DNA from: Squalus acanthias
Taxonomy: Eukaryota
DNA: 64,000 nt
Reading direction: 5' to 3'
NCBI GenBank assembly: GCA_030390025.1
Contig: CM059431.1
Location: 112,904,001 to 112,968,000, forward strand
Numbering within the stretch: position 1 is the first letter of the stretch; each line of letters opens with the position of its first letter. The notes below the pieces were generated by a model that was not told the DNA's origin, did no database searches, and saw only the letters and a program-made list of their open reading frames with translations. Below are positions 1 to 13,569 of this stretch, piece by piece. Made by a program: the position numbers and the translations under genes.

Positions 1-800
1 TGATCAGCATTTCTCTCTTATTATGACCAACCGTAAGTTCTGGCCTAATGTGCTGTTTCGACACCGTCAAAAATGTTTATTTTCTCGTACTGAAATAAAA
101 ACCATTGCACAAGAACCTGCTTTTGGAGGGTTGAGGGTCTGAATGTTGCGCTGTCAGCAAACTGACAGCGCAAGATGGAGGCAGTCAATCTGTTATACTC
201 TTATTGATTATGGTCACTCCTCACATTTTCCTTTGGGTGTTGATGGATGGTGCGAGCTCTCTTCCTGCTTACTGCGTGATAACAAAGGGATCTCCATTAC
301 GAGTGTGTGAGCAAACTGAAAACCACTTTCAAGACAGAACATGAATGGATACTGCAACACACCACAAACAGGCTACCCGTTCACAGCATACCTCAGAAAT
401 CTTAAATGTGGAGATCTGCATGTAATTCTTTCAATTAAGTAAAATCTGGCACAATTCCAACCCTGCACCCTATTTTGTTTCCAAACCCTAGCAATTTTGC
501 AAGGACAGTGACAGGAATGCTCAAATAAAGGCAGTTCTTGGCCGAAAAAACGGGCGATGTCACAGGCCAGCACTACTTCCTTGTGCCCGTTCAAAGTGGT
601 CCAGGCAGCAGGCAAAATTCGTGCTGCCTGCTCATTATAATTATTGGAGCGCTGATCTCCGCGCTAAATGTGCTGCTGAATGAGGTCGCCAATATCCGGT
701 GCAGTCTAATGGTCAGTCATGTTTGGCCTAAGCTCTCTGTAGAACTTAAAGGGGAGGTGCTTTGTTGCAGAAGCACCTCATTATCATCCTAAATGAAGAC

Positions 801-2457
801 ATGGCTCAGCAACCAAGGGAGCGAGCATGAAGATTTTCGGATGCTGCACTGAACGCCTTGGTCGTGGCCATGCAACGAAGGTGGGCTGTCCTGTTCCCGC
901 AGGGTGGCAGGAGGCCATCTGAGGCCACTTGCAGAAGGCTCTGGGAGAGATAGCTGACTCCGTCACGGCCACCAGTGTGGTTCCAAGGACATGGATCCAG
1001 TGCCGAAAAATGTTTAATGACCTCACACGGCATGTCAAGGTGAGTGAAGGCTTCAGCAAATGCCATATCCCACCATCTGCACCACAAGCCTCACACACTG
1101 CTCAGTGCACCACACCCCCATCATTCGCCTACCAGCAATCTCTAGCTATCACCACTCATACCTCACAATTATGGCTTCACTTAACAGGAGGGAGCAGCAG
1201 CAGACGGGAGGTGGCCAAGCCGCAATACAAAACCTCACCAACCTGGAGGAATCTGTCCTTGACATTATTGGAGGGGCAGTGACAGAGTTCGTGGCCACCA
1301 GAAAAGTTGAAGCCATTGCTGATAATGACGGTATGGTCATAACTAATCCTTCTTCTCGCATCCCACTTCCCCCTCATCCCACAATCTCTTCTCACTAGCA
1401 AGCTGTTGATGGTGTATGCATGGAAATCTTGCTTCCTGATCCTTGTGCCTTTCTGCCTTCAGATACCCAATAACTGCCAGCAGCCCAGCCTGCCCCTGAA
1501 CTTGTGGAGGAGAATGATGGAGGAGGAGAAGAAGAAGACACATCGGCACTGCATCTGACACTTGCAGACACCAGCTCAGAAAATGGCATATGCTGAGGCA
1601 CCGGGCTTGAGTGGGCTACAGCCAGGCCAGGGGGAAAGGGTAGCTTGGGTGCCAGCTCTCCGGAGGGCGAGTTCGCGCACGGGTTCTGCTGCACAGGACT
1701 CGGGTGATGACCTCGATGGGACAGCCTTCAGAAGAAGGGTGATGGGCAGGCACACGGAAATGCTAGGTGCAAAGGCAAGCCTGCCAGAGAATGTCTTGTC
1801 AGTGTCAAGGAGCATGGAGGAGTCTAGCTCCAACATTGAAGGGGGTTTTGAGCAGAGCTTGGAGTACGTGATTTCCAGGATGGAAATGATGGGCAACTCC
1901 AGGAGGGACCTTGTGGAACCAGCCATGATGCTGCGTGTGATGGGCGATGTAGCGGTTTCCATTGCAGCACAGGTGGAAGCAACCCAACGTCTCACTGCTG
2001 CAGTGGAAACTCAAACTGCTGCCATCGTCACTGGGTTTACGAGTGTCGAAAGGGGCTTGCAGGGTGTTGCAGCAGGACAGCAATCTGTGCTCCAACAGAT
2101 TGCTAGGAATGCTGAGGCGCCGCCCCAGGGGAGTGGCAGTGTGCCTGTGGAGCAGGAACCTGCTGTCCTCTCTCAGGATGACAGCATTCCTACTCCCACC
2201 ACTGTCACTCCACCATTGCCCTTGCCGCTGCCTATTAACCAGACAGCCCAGACTGCTGCTGCCCATGCCGAGGTGGTGTAGTCTACAGATGGACCTTCTA
2301 GGTCCACAGCTGGTCGAGGTTGTCCTGCAAGGCCATCTGTAGTCTCCCCCACTGAATGTCAGCATGTTGCAGCCATTGGGGGAGCACTGCGTAGGAGCAC
2401 TAGAGTAGGTAAAGGCACACGAACGACAGACACTAAGGGAATGCACAAGGGTTATTA
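801..2457 (+). pseudogene. Harbinger Myb/SANT-like DNA-binding protein gene, 3 exons, disrupted
   Basis: MAQQPRERA*RFSDAAL...RTWIQCRKMFNDLTRHVK, donor GTGAGT at 1040; exon 2 remnant ending at donor GTATGG 1331; exon 3 after TTCAG at 1462; in-frame stops and frameshifts. Confidence 0.85.
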
Positions 2458-2628
2458 GTTGATATTGTAATTTTGATAGCATTCGGATAAATTTATGATT
2501 TTTGTTACGAATGTGCTTTTTGTGGTGGCTCTCATTTCAGCTTTGTGCCCAGGAGGACACTGTGATGTTCCGTGACAGAGGGATGGTATGATGGGGAAGT
2601 GGTGAGCAACGGGGATCTGGGGTTTCAT

Positions 2629-3250
2629 TCATTGGAATTGGAGTCTGATAAGGCGTTCACGGACAGCCCGTCCAGAACGGGGATTTGCTGCCTGCCTTCT
2701 CCCTCCCTCCTCCTCATCCTCGTCCTCTTCCTCCTCCTCCTCCTCCTGAGGTGGTCCCGCAATCCCTCGTGGCAAGGGCTGACCCCTGTTGATGGCCAAG
2801 TTGTGGAGCATGCAGCAGACCCACCACAAAATGGGACACCCGATCCGGCACGTATTGGCGGGCTCCTCCCGAGTGGTCAAGGCAGCAGAACCGTTGCTTG
2901 AGCACCCCGATGATCTGCTCAATGATATTCCTGGTGGCAGCATGGCTGTCATTATGTGTGTGCTGGGCACGAGTGGTGGGGTTGCGGAGGGAAGTCATCA
3001 GCCAGGTGCAGAGCGGTTAGCCCTTGTCTCAGAGCAGCCACCCTCGGGTTTGATGTGGTGGCTAGAAGATTGCTGGCACACCGGACTGGCGCAGGATGAA
3101 GGCATCATGACTGCAGCCAGGATAGTGGGCATTCACCATCATGATGCACTGGGCATGGACACACAACAACTGCATATGAAGTGAGTGGTAGCCTTTGCAG
3201 TTACGGAACATCTCAGGATATGGTGCCCGCAAAGCCATTTGTGTGCAGTT
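2629..3250 (-). pseudogene. HARBI1-like DDE transposase, C-terminal half, frameshifted
   Basis: HAATRNIIEQIIGVLKQRFCCLDHSGGARQY and VCCMLHNLAI..EEEEEEEDED motifs split across ORFs 2714..2998 and 2629..2970. Confidence 0.88.
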
Positions 3251-4049
3251 AATAATAGAATATATATCGTACTCCCAGAGGCGGCTTGCTGAACGTTGGA
3301 GATTGCAGTAGGGCCTGTTGCCTCAACGGCAGTGGCCCTCAGGTAAACCCTGTGGGGGGAGGGGGAGGCCGAACACAAGCCATCAGTGGCCTGCCTTTAA
3401 GGACCGCTGGTTAAGCCACCGTAGAACTGGAAAAACTAGTTGGAGCTTGCACTTCGCACGCCCTCTGCCTAGCTTTTCACAAATTTTGCAGAAGGCGTAG
3501 AAAGAGGCGTAAGACCCTTCTTAGCAAATTTAAATTAAGCCAACGGTGATTTCAGGCAGCTGCCAAGGACAACTAAAAGCAGCAAGAACCAAGATGGCAA
3601 CTGCTGTGCTGCAAGTGTAGATTGGGTGCAGGACCTCGCGGCCTGAAATTGGTAAATGCTGCATCCATTTTACACCTGGAAAACAGGCGAAATGCTTACT
3701 AATCTCTACCCCAACATCTGCAATTAGTCGTGAGGAAAATAAACTTTCACATAAAACATCTGTTGGGCATATTCCAGAAAACACCTTTGAAGATAAGGAG
3801 AAAAATTTTAAACTATATTTTTAACAGCTTACTTTATATACCAGGGTAGAATATTGAAATTCTGATGAAATTGTGGTAGTGGGTGGGGTGGGGGGGGGGG
3901 GGGGTTGTAATTTTGGCTGGAACCCAGATTAGGAGTTTCTGCCCATTAAAACTGCTCTAGAAATCCCATTGCGGGAGTGCAGTTGCTTCTTTTGCCGACC
4001 CCTTACATCAAGCCAGTACGTTGGGAGTATTCTGGAGGTGTTTCTGGAA

Positions 4050-4575
4050 TAACCTAAGAAAGGATATACTTGCCATAGAGGGAGTGCAGCGAAGGTTCAC
4101 CAGACTGATTCCTGGGATGTCAGGACTGTCATATGAGGAGAGATTGGGTCGACTAGGCCTAGTTTCACTAGAGTTTAGAAGAATGAGAGGGGATCTCATT
4201 GAAACGTATAAAATTCTGACAGGACTAGACAGACTGGATGCAGGCAGGATGTTTCCCCTGGCTGGGGGGTCTAGAACGAGGGGTCACAGTCTCAGGATAC
4301 GGGGTAGGACATTTAGGACTGAGATGAGAAATTTCTTCACTCAGAGGGTGGTGAGCCTGTGGAATTCTCTACTACAGAAGGCTGTGGAGGCCAAGTCACT
4401 GAATATATTTAAGAAGGAGATAGATAGATTTCTAGACGCAAAAGGCGTCAAGGAGTATGGGGAGAGAGCGGGAATATGGTATTGAGATAGAGGATCAGCC
4501 ATGATCATATTGAATGGCGGAGCAGGCTCGAAGGGCCGAATGGCCTACTCCTGCTCCTATTTTTCTATTTTTTTT
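4050..4575 (+). mobile_element. CR1 LINE 3' fragment (ORF2 C-terminus and 3'UTR)
   Basis: [21 protein letters not shown]...[13 protein letters not shown]...FFTQRVV; 3'UTR GGGCCGAATGGCCTACTCCTGCTCC. Confidence 0.95.
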
Positions 4576-4835
4576 AACTTCTGGCTGGATTACCCCTCGA
4601 ACAGGTCCTGTGTCTGCTGAGAGGAAGTTTACGTTCTGTTCTGCGCCTAGTGAAAGCCCCAACAGTGCATGGGCTAACGCTTGTTTACCGTGACTGAGGC
4701 CCTGCTGTTCCCTCGGAGAGTAAAAAAATAAATTGCTACCTCTCTCTTCGGCATGATCCGAGCCACTGGCTTCCCCGCCAGGAGCGGCAGGGAGCTGCAC
4801 CGAGTTGCCCTGGGCAATGCAGAGTGGGCGGTCCC

Positions 4836-5105
4836 GTTGCACTGCTACAGGTATGGGCCGTGACGTAAGAAAACTACTAGGCACTTGGGCTAAGGGTTAA
4901 ACAAAGCTTTAATCAACTGTTTTTCAACATGGAGATCTAGTTGTGTCCTTCACTAGTTCTTGTTGAGGAATGTCCTAAGCAAGCTGGGCCCATGCCCGAG
5001 TATTTATACTCTCCCTGGACAGCGCCACCAGCAGGCCACCCAGTATTACTTCATACATGAATGACAAGATTCATGTCAGGCCGCATGGCCATTATTCAAA
5101 TAACT
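4836..5105 (-). mobile_element. Possible short solo LTR
   Basis: Minus strand has TATAAA, then ATTAAA, and GTT..AAC-like ends; no canonical TG..CA and no TSD found. Confidence 0.3.
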
Positions 5106-6454
5106 CCATCCCTGGGATTTGGGATGAGCTCCTCGGTGAGTGAAAGCAATGGGTAGTAGTCCATCCCGCTGCAATTCCGGTGGCACAATGGTGCCGCAGG
5201 ATATTTAAAGCAACTTGTTCAAAGACAAACATTAAATAAACACATGAGTAATCGCAACTCTCAGAAACCATCCACTCATCTGAAAATATTTCAGCCTTAA
5301 ATTCTTGCGCAAATAACAGTGGGAAAAAGTAATCGCTGATTGATTGATTGCTTTTAACATCCTTCAGTCCCAATATCTAACCAATCTGACTGGTTAGTGT
5401 TAACAATTTCTAATCTCTGTGGGAAAAAAAGTTGATTTTTCTTGATAAGCTGACACATGGGTTATAAAGCTGTCAGTTAAAAAAAAGATGGTTAGCAGGT
5501 ATGCCTGTTACTTGCAAAACTGAGCTGTCAGGAATTATCTCTGTTGCATTGTTAAAGGTTCCCTCAGGAGTCATCGAAACACCAGGTATGTTACCCAGCT
5601 CTTGGTTTATCATAACTTTTATACATCTCCCTAGGATGGTATTAAAAAGAGAGGAACACTGTTTCTTACATTAATTTGGGAAAAGGTTATTTGTATGAAT
5701 AAATAAAAATGCTATAAATCAGATACATGAATAAAATAGCAGAGCTGGTTTGAATAGTTATTACTTACATTAGGAATTTGCCAAATACATGTTTACACAG
5801 AATTAGCATAAATATTTTCTGTGCTGACTGTAGGCGTGAGCAATCTGTATTGTAAATAATGAATAATATTGTTTTTATAACCTAGTATGGAGATAACTCT
5901 TCAAGATAACCCATTTCCATTTCGGTGAAACAGATACTACTTGATTCCGCACTAGATTTTCTGTCCATTGACTGTAAATCTAGCCCATATGGGGGAGAGG
6001 AGGACATACTTGGCAGATAAAATAAGGAAAATAGATAGATCCGAAGCAAGTCTTCAGAACTGTCAGATGCCATTTTCAAAGCACTTTTGTCTCCACAACA
6101 ATATCTGTGTTGGGCATATGTTCAACAAAAGGATACTAATGGGGTGATGTTATGACTGTTGTCATCTACCTTTGGATCGTGAGATTTTTACATCGTTGTG
6201 AAAACTCTTTATCCAGCAGTTTCTTCACATGTTCGAAAAGTATAAATCTCCCTTCTACCTTCTGTCGTAAATAATCCCTCAAAAGAACTTCAATAAAATG
6301 TCTGGAGGTAGATCTAATACCTCACTAGCACTATCTATCCACTCTCCAGCCATCTTCTATAATAACAGTGCTCCTTGCGTACAGAAAGCAGTATGAGAGC
6401 AATTGAGTACACTTTGCATGCCACTACACGTCTGTCTGCCTTCACATTCATATT

Positions 6455-6750
6455 ACAGCAACAACAGACCTGTATATAATCACAAATCTAACAGCACTTT
6501 GAGGGTGAGAGGTGAACGTTGAGCAAGAAGTGAAGGAATTAAGGGGGGGACTGACGCCATGTTCATAGAGGTAGGCTTTTCGGAGGCCTTTGAAGATGGG
6601 GAAAGAGCTAGCAAGGCAAAGTGATAATGGGAGCTCAAGCCAGAGGGCCTAGTGGGTGAAAGAGTCGTTACCGATGGGGAGGTGGAGGGAGTGGGGAACA
6701 AATAGTTGCCAGAGGCAGAGGAACGGAGGGCGCAGGTTAAAATATAAAGC
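6455..6750 (-). mobile_element. Old L2-type LINE 3' fragment
   Basis: Resembles the L2 3' ends at 14095-15470 and 42960-43682; ends in a (TTG)n-like tail on the minus strand. Confidence 0.55.
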
Positions 6751-7382
6751 TGGAAATCATTTCTCAAATAGGATGGAGTTCACCCTTGCTGTTATAAACG
6801 ATACACTTTTAAAGTCCAAGCTCGGCATCACTACTCCTCGATTTATCTCTTCTATTCTATTCAGCCCTGGTGGTGTTCTATTGTCTTGATCTTTGGTCCT
6901 CCATACAAGTTTCTCAACGTTACATTTTGCCCGCTATCTGATTGCATTACAAACTCTGTTATGTGCAGAGCATTTCGAACACTCAATCTCAAAATGCCTA
7001 GAATTACGTTTTGATGGGTAATAAGGCACATTGCATCAGATGCTGGCAATCCCGTGCACACGCGAGAAAGGGACATCAAGATTCATTGGGCCTTCTACTC
7101 TAATTCATTCTTTCCCTGAAACTCCTTGCACCCAGCAGTCCTCCCTTCCTCCTACATGCTACAGCCTTTTAAAACACAAAGTGGGGGGTGAAATTTCTCG
7201 CTGTTTTCAGCACATTAGCAGTGTTTAAACGGGGAAGGGAAATGGGTAGAATCCCTTCCTTCCATTAAATCGCATCCCTCTTCTTCCTTTGTGCTTCTGC
7301 TGTCATTTCAATATATGCTAATGAGGGCCAATGGCAGCTCCCAAATTCCGGTCTTTACACTCGCAGTGCACTCATGGTAATT

Positions 7383-7848
7383 TAACAACACTCAAGAAGC
7401 TCGACACCATCCAGGACAAAGCAGCCCGCTTGATTGGCACCTCATCCACCACCTTAAACATTCACTCCCTCCACCGTGGCTGCAGTGTGTACCATCTGCA
7501 AGATGCACTACAGCAACTCAGCAAGGCTTCTTTGGCAGCACCTCCCTCATCCCGCGACCTCTTCCACCTAGAAGGACAAGGGCAGCAGACGCATGGGAAC
7601 ACCACCACCTTCAAGTTCCCCTCCAAGTCTCACACCATCCTGACTTAGAAGTATATCGCGAATCCTTCATCGTCGCTGGGTCAAAATCCTGGAACTCCCT
7701 CCCTAACAGCACTGTGGGAGTACCTTCACCACATGGACTGCAGCGGTTCAAGAAGGCTGCTCACGGCCACCTTCTCAAGGGTAACTAGGGATGGGCAATA
7801 AATGCTGGCCTTGCCAGAGACCCCCACATCCATGAATGAATAAAAAAA
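7383..7848 (+). mobile_element. LINE family B (CR1/L2-group) 3' end
   Basis: TTLKKLDTIQDKAARLIG; 3'UTR CTAGGGATGGGCAATAAATGCTGGCC..CCCACATCC, A-rich tail. Confidence 0.85.
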
Positions 7849-8111
7849 ACCTGAGGGTTCTGAGCCTGAAGATTCTGCAGAGTAATTTCTGCAGCTGGGA
7901 AAAACTTTCTCCAGCACTTTTTTGTTTTTGCCATTCTGCCTATACAGGCCTGAACTTGCTTCTCACTGCCTTTGACAGGATCAGAACACCGGCAGATTTT
8001 CAGCCCCTCCCCACCTTTAACATGGAGGAGGAGCGCAGGATGGAGCAAAGGAGACGCAGGCAGCTTTGCAGGAAGGATGCACCCCACCAGAATTTACCAC
8101 CGGGTAATCTC

Positions 8112-8340
8112 CGGTGTCCTGGCCAATATTTATCCCTCAACTAACATAACAACAAAAACTGATTATCTGGTCATTATCACATTGCTGTTTGTGGGAGCTT
8201 GCTGTGCACAAATTGGCTGCTGCATTTCCCACATTACAACAGTGACTCCACTTCAAATAGTACTTCATTGGCTGTAAAGTGCTTTGAGACATCCGGTGGT
8301 CATGAAAGGCGCTATATAAATGCAAGTCTTTCTTTTCTTT
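8112..8340 (+). mobile_element. Deu-domain tRNA-derived SINE (SacSINE1-like), 3' half
   Basis: GATTATCTGGTCATTATCACATTGCTGTTTGTGGGAGCTTGCTGTG core and tail GGCGCTATATAAATGCAAGTCTTTC, repeated many times in the window. Confidence 0.85.
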
Positions 8341-8344
8341 TATA

Positions 8345-8585
8345 CTGGCAGCACGGCTCATATGAGGACCTCACTCAGGAGTTGTACATAGGAAGAGTGC
8401 GCATCACCTAAGAGACAATGGGGCAGCTTCTCATCCACTGCATAATGACCTACAGCCATGCTCACCTGCTCCCACTGCTCTCTCTGTGGCTACGAAAGGC
8501 GTCAACCACACTCAACGTTTACGGCACTGGCTCATTTCAGGCAACCTCGGGCGATTTCTCCCATATCAGCCAGGTTGCAGTATGA
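8345..8585 (+). pseudogene. Harbinger transposase N-terminal fragment
   Basis: Manual translation gives TTLNVYGTGSFQATSGDFSHISQVAV, matching TTALNFFASGSFQGSSADISGIFQSAT in ORF 24930..25319. Confidence 0.7.
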
Positions 8586-9057
8586 CCGCGCGCCCATCAG
8601 CAAACTAAACACGCTTCAAAAATAATTTGACGTTAATAAAATGAACAATCTAGCAAGTTCAATAATTTACACTTACTTTAAATGTTCTGAGCAGGCACAT
8701 GTACCACTACAGGCCCATATCAGGATGTGAAAAACTGCAATGGACTGTGTCGGTTCTGCTGGTGGGGGGAGAAGGTACTGGGACTCTCCAAACAGAGGAT
8801 AAAGGTGCCGATTTGCCCCCTTTATATGTGATCCAGAAGATTTTTTTATACTGTCAAGGGTCTAGGCCAAATCCTAGGTCTGCATCCTAGGTTAGGTCAG
8901 TACATCTGCTTTCATTTTACATACCAGCTCCCACCAGGCTGGGGGAGTGGGAACTCCCAGTCTGGGATCCTTGTTCCCAGGCCATACCCCTTTCCATGCT
9001 ACTGGCCTTGTTTGGAGTGAGCGGAGGCTACGCCCTTTAGGAGGCACTGCAGACATT

Positions 9058-9850
9058 TAGAACATAGAACATAGAAAATAGGTACAGGAGTAGACCATTC
9101 GGTCCTTCGAGCCTGCACCGCCATTCAATGCGTTCATGGCTGAACATGCTACCTCAGTACCCCATTCCTGCTTTCTCGCCATACCCCTTGATCCCCTTAG
9201 TTGTGAGTGTTATATCTAACTCCCTTTTGAATATATTTAGCGAACTGGCCTCAACAACCTTCTGTGGAAGAGAATTCCATAGATTCACCACTCTCTGGGT
9301 GAAGAAGTTCCTCCTCAGCTCAGTCCTAAATGGCTTCCCCTTAATCCTTAGACTGTGACCCCTGGTTCTAGTTTTCCCTACCATTGGGAACATTCTGCCC
9401 GCATCTAATTTGTCTAAACCAGTCAGGATTTTAAATGTCTCTATAAGATCCCCCCTCATTCTTCTGAACTCCAGAGGATACAAGTTCAGTTGACCCAATC
9501 TTTCTTGATATGTCAGTCCGGCCATCCCAGGAATCAATCTAGTGAACCTTCGCTGCACTCCCTCAATAGCAAGAATGTCCTTCCTTAAGTTAGGAGACCA
9601 AAACTGCGCACAATACTCCAGGTGTGGCCTCACCAAGGCCCTGTACAACTGTAGCATCACCTCCCTACTCCTGTACTCAAATCCCCTTGCTATGAAGGCC
9701 ATCATTCCGTTTGCTTTCTTGACTGCCTGCTGCACTTGCATTCCCACCTTCAGTGACTGATGTACCATGACGCCCAGGTCTCGTTGCACGTCCCCTTTCC
9801 CTAATCTGCCACCATTCAGGTAATAGTCCGCCTCTCTATTTTTACCACCA
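9058..9850 (-). mobile_element. CR1 LINE 3' fragment
   Basis: ORF 9154..9969 contains [25 protein letters not shown]; (TTCTATG)n tail at 9058-9077. Confidence 0.95.
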
Positions 9851-10636
9851 TTTCTGGCGAAGACCCCCACATCTGTACATCCTCTGTGGGATATAACCAG
9901 GCAACAGAAAATTGAAGCGACAACAAAATAGCCATTGAGATTTTGAGAGAAAATACACAAGTTGTACATGCTTGACTGTATCTGTCTTACTGTGGTGACT
10001 TGTTAAATACAGGGATCCTTGAAGAGCTTGGAGCACTGCTACTGGTTTGTTGATTAGGTAAAAGGAGGTGCACATTTGCAGAATGGGAGCTATCCTTCTA
10101 GTATTTCCTTCCTGTCCCAGTTTCAATACTCCTCTCTCCCGATAAAGATTACAACATGATACACCACCTATTAATCTTCAGTCAGAATAGATTCCTTTTA
10201 AAATTTGATTCTACCTGACTCTAGTCCCTTTCAGGAGGCTTCTATGATCAAGTGCAAACAAGATATTGGCAGAACAATACGGGGATCGCTATGGAGACGT
10301 GTTCGAGTGAACTTCCTCTTGAAAACCTCAGAATGGAAGCTGCTTAACCAGATCTGCAGGAAATGGCCTCTGATGCAGATGCCCTTCTGAGTGAGTCTGA
10401 AGAGATACCAGAACTAAAATACACAGTTGTATTAGGATTGTGTGCTCCGCCTCCCCCACCCCCCGCCACCGGAAACGTAGAACAGAAAAAAATCACACAG
10501 CATGAAAGATAATTTACCCACTTTTCCCACAGAGCATGTACAAACTGTACTACATAAATTCTATAACCACCCATTTAATTTCTTGATTAAAAATAGTCAA
10601 AGGTAATCAAGCCATCTCTGGAATATTAATTAATCC

Positions 10637-11544
10637 TGATGCCCATTTTTCGGGTGCTAAATGGCCCCCTAAGCCTCAATATGGTGGGCAGGAAGCACAT
10701 GCTTATTACGAGTTGGAAATGCACCTCCCGCCATATTGGTAAATGCCACAAAATAAATCGGCATGCAGTGATCATGCCTGAAACAGGTGTTAGGCCCTTT
10801 GCGCATGCAAATAAGAGGCCTAACGTCTGTTTGAATCCCCCACTGCAAGATTGGTTTCCCCTGAGGCAGCCAGGGCTGGCTGTATTCAGGGAAACCAGGC
10901 CTAAATGCGGCCTAACTGGCGGTCCTTAAAGGGACCACTGCAGGCCGCAACCAAAGGTAAATTTTTACCTTTAAATATAACTTTCCTGAGCTGGGAGGAG
11001 GAGAAAGAACGTGGGCCACTGCTGCCCCTCCCGATCGCTAAAGCTCCCTCCTTCCGGCCCCCGATCATCCCGAGCTGGATAGCGATCCCCCCCCACCGGC
11101 CATCGATCAACCCCCCCCCCCCACTACCCCGGTCGCCCTGGCCCAATTTCGGGAGTGCATCGGCCTCACTATTCAGGTGTAGGTATCGCACCACCGACCC
11201 CATCCCGCGTGCCCACAACGGCTGGGAAGTTGGCAGGTAGCGGTTTCCCAAGCTGTTAAAATCGGGCGGCAAGAGTCCACCACTGGGATCCAGGGAATGG
11301 TCTCTGGCACAAGTTAAGCGTTCTGAGAGGAGAATCCCGGTTAGGGAAGGTGGGAGGAAGCCCAGGGCGAGGGAGGCCCAAAGTTTCCTTGAGAGCCTCG
11401 GAGCAGCACTCCTGCTCCTCTGAGCCCACAAGTAAACTAGAAACATTTAAAAAACTTACTTTGCTTTACTCTTCTGGTCCTGGCTGCTGTTCCTGGCAGG
11501 TTTTGCCAGGCGGGAAGCCACCACTGCCCCCCTGCTCAGGCCTG
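10637..11544. mobile_element. Harbinger-type non-autonomous element fragment
   Basis: GC-rich interior similar to the other MITEs in the window; TIRs not clearly seen. Confidence 0.45.
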
Positions 11545-11692
11545 TGACACCATTGTTCAAGAAAGGGTGTAAGGACAATCCTAGTAACTACAGGCCGGTC
11601 AGTTTAACATCAGTGGTGGGTAAGGTTTTAGAAACAATAATCAAGGAAAACATTAACGGACACTTGGAGAGGTTTAAGCTATTTAAGGAGAG
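11545..11692 (+). mobile_element. CR1 RT fragment
   Basis: Encodes VTPLFKKGCKDNPSNYRPVSLTSVVGK. Confidence 0.85.
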
Positions 11693-13091
11693 TAAGTTTG
11701 CTTGAAATTGGTGGAAAAACTAAGTTTTGGGGAAAAGAAGTGTGGTGAAATATATGGACAGGGAGCCAGTATTTTATGTAAAATAAATCACCTGTGCCAC
11801 AATCATATCAACTGTTTTGCTATTGGCTTTATGTTGTGCAAGCCCATCAAGCAGCTATGTTAATTAGTGATTATTAACTAATTGTTTTTGTTCTCTTTGT
11901 TCAGCACTCATTTCAATTTTTAAATAAATAATTTGCTGAAATACTTGGACTCAACACTAATTCTCAGTTGCAGATATGCATAATTGTTTCAGATCAGGCC
12001 CCAATTATGCTATCGGAGCCCAATCTGGATATTTATAGAGGACCTCGCCACCTTGGGCGGGTGTCCATGGCACCTGCAATTTAAAACTACAGTTGGCCAG
12101 ATCCCGGCATGAAAGGTGTTGGTAAGTCCCCTGCTCCATTTTAACGGCCCCCCCTGCTTGGTTTCTGCCAAGCGGGAGGAGTTAAAATCATGCCCACCGT
12201 CTTTCACTCACAACATTAATCCATGAAACCACCCCCCCACCCAACCCCCCCTCAATGGATTACCATCTCTTCACATGCTTTCCTGTATGCAGGCAATGTT
12301 TCCTTTAAATACTGGAATTCCCTTAGAAATCAGAGCGGAAGATAACTTTGCTCTTCATAATTGTGGAGTCTGAGCTGTGACCTAATAGTAGCACATTTTC
12401 TCCACTGCTACACTTCCATTGTTTTCTGCGGGAGTCCCGTTGCTGAATTTTGATGAATGATAACATTCTGTGTGCAGTGGAATTACCTCAACTGATAACT
12501 GCCATGACGCAGTTTGTCTCTTGACCACGAACAGCCAGCAATAAAAAATGACCTTCATTTCTTATAACAGCCTGGAATGCAGAAGAGGTAAAAATTCTGC
12601 TGATCACTTTTTGCACAATTCACTGCAGCAATATTTATGGGAGAAACAGAAATGAGGAGCCTTTGATGTTTTGGGTTTGTTTTGTTTCCATTCAAATGAA
12701 AGCGTCGTCTGCTGGGAAAGAGGGAAAACAGAGACAGGTCTGAAAAATGATGTTGATAGATGTAGGTTTGAGAGAAAGATATGTACGAACATTTTTACAG
12801 CGTTCACTAGTCTCCTGTCCTAAGTAATGCTACAGCAAGTAATACCATCAATGTCATCATTAGCTAATGTTTATAATGACGTTAGCTGTTGCTGAGAAAA
12901 AAGACGGTACAGAATTTATTTATTAAAACAGAAAAATGAGGCATTCCTATGTCCAAAACTACCCAAATTAGTATAATTTAGAAAATTAATTGCTACGGCA
13001 TTTTTGGTAGTCCCACTGTTGTTCATTATCAATAAGGAAACCACTAGTGACAATCAAAAAAATATGGGGAAAGTGCTGTTCTGGATACAAT

Positions 13092-13569
13092 GGGCTGGAT
13101 TTTCCTCATCCTGCCCCATTTCCTGGGTTGGGGGTCATTACGTATTGATGGTGGCTCCCAGCAAAATACAGGCGGTTCTGCAGCTCACAAAGAGGCAGAA
13201 GGCCGCATTAAAGGGGTCACAGGGCCTTGAATACTGGACCAGGAGGTTGAGTGAAGGCCTCTGCTGAGGCCTTCGGCAGGTGAGCAATCAGAGGGAGAGG
13301 AGTCCTCTGCTCGGCCCTCTCCCTCGATTTTCTCCCTTGTGGAGTTATTGCCTGGGCCTGTTGCCACTGCTGCCATGGCAGGAGGACAGTGGGCTGAAAT
13401 GCTGACCTTTTGCTCATGCAGGTCATTTGCGTGTGGCAGATGGGGAAGGAGGGCAATTCAGACCGACCGGGGCAATCTGGCAGCAGTGGGCTTCACTGCC
13501 CAATTCCGCCCCCTGTTCCGCCACTGTCCAGTCTGATTTTGGAGGGGAGAGCGGAGGAAAATCCAACCG
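13092..13569. mobile_element. Harbinger-type MITE
   Basis: TIRs GGGCTGGATTTTCCT ... AGGAAAATCCAACC. Confidence 0.75.

Larger units (their letters stand above)
530..3712. mobile_element. Decayed PIF/Harbinger DNA transposon (Myb/SANT gene on +, transposase on -, convergent)
   Basis: Both Harbinger genes present as pseudogenes; right end AATCTCTACCCC (~3701-3712) resembles the TIRs of the other Harbinger-type elements; left boundary approximate. Confidence 0.8.

Noticed and set aside
3880..3904. G-run; also (TA)n at ~21235-21254 and (GA)n at ~33445-33462
   Set aside because: Ordinary simple repeats.
5092..5373. Minus-strand exon candidate
   Set aside because: Several frames are open with no recognisable product; it overlaps MITE-like and LTR-like sequence.
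9154..9969. 271-aa ORF as a host gene
   Set aside because: CR1 ORF2 C-terminus extended into flanking DNA.
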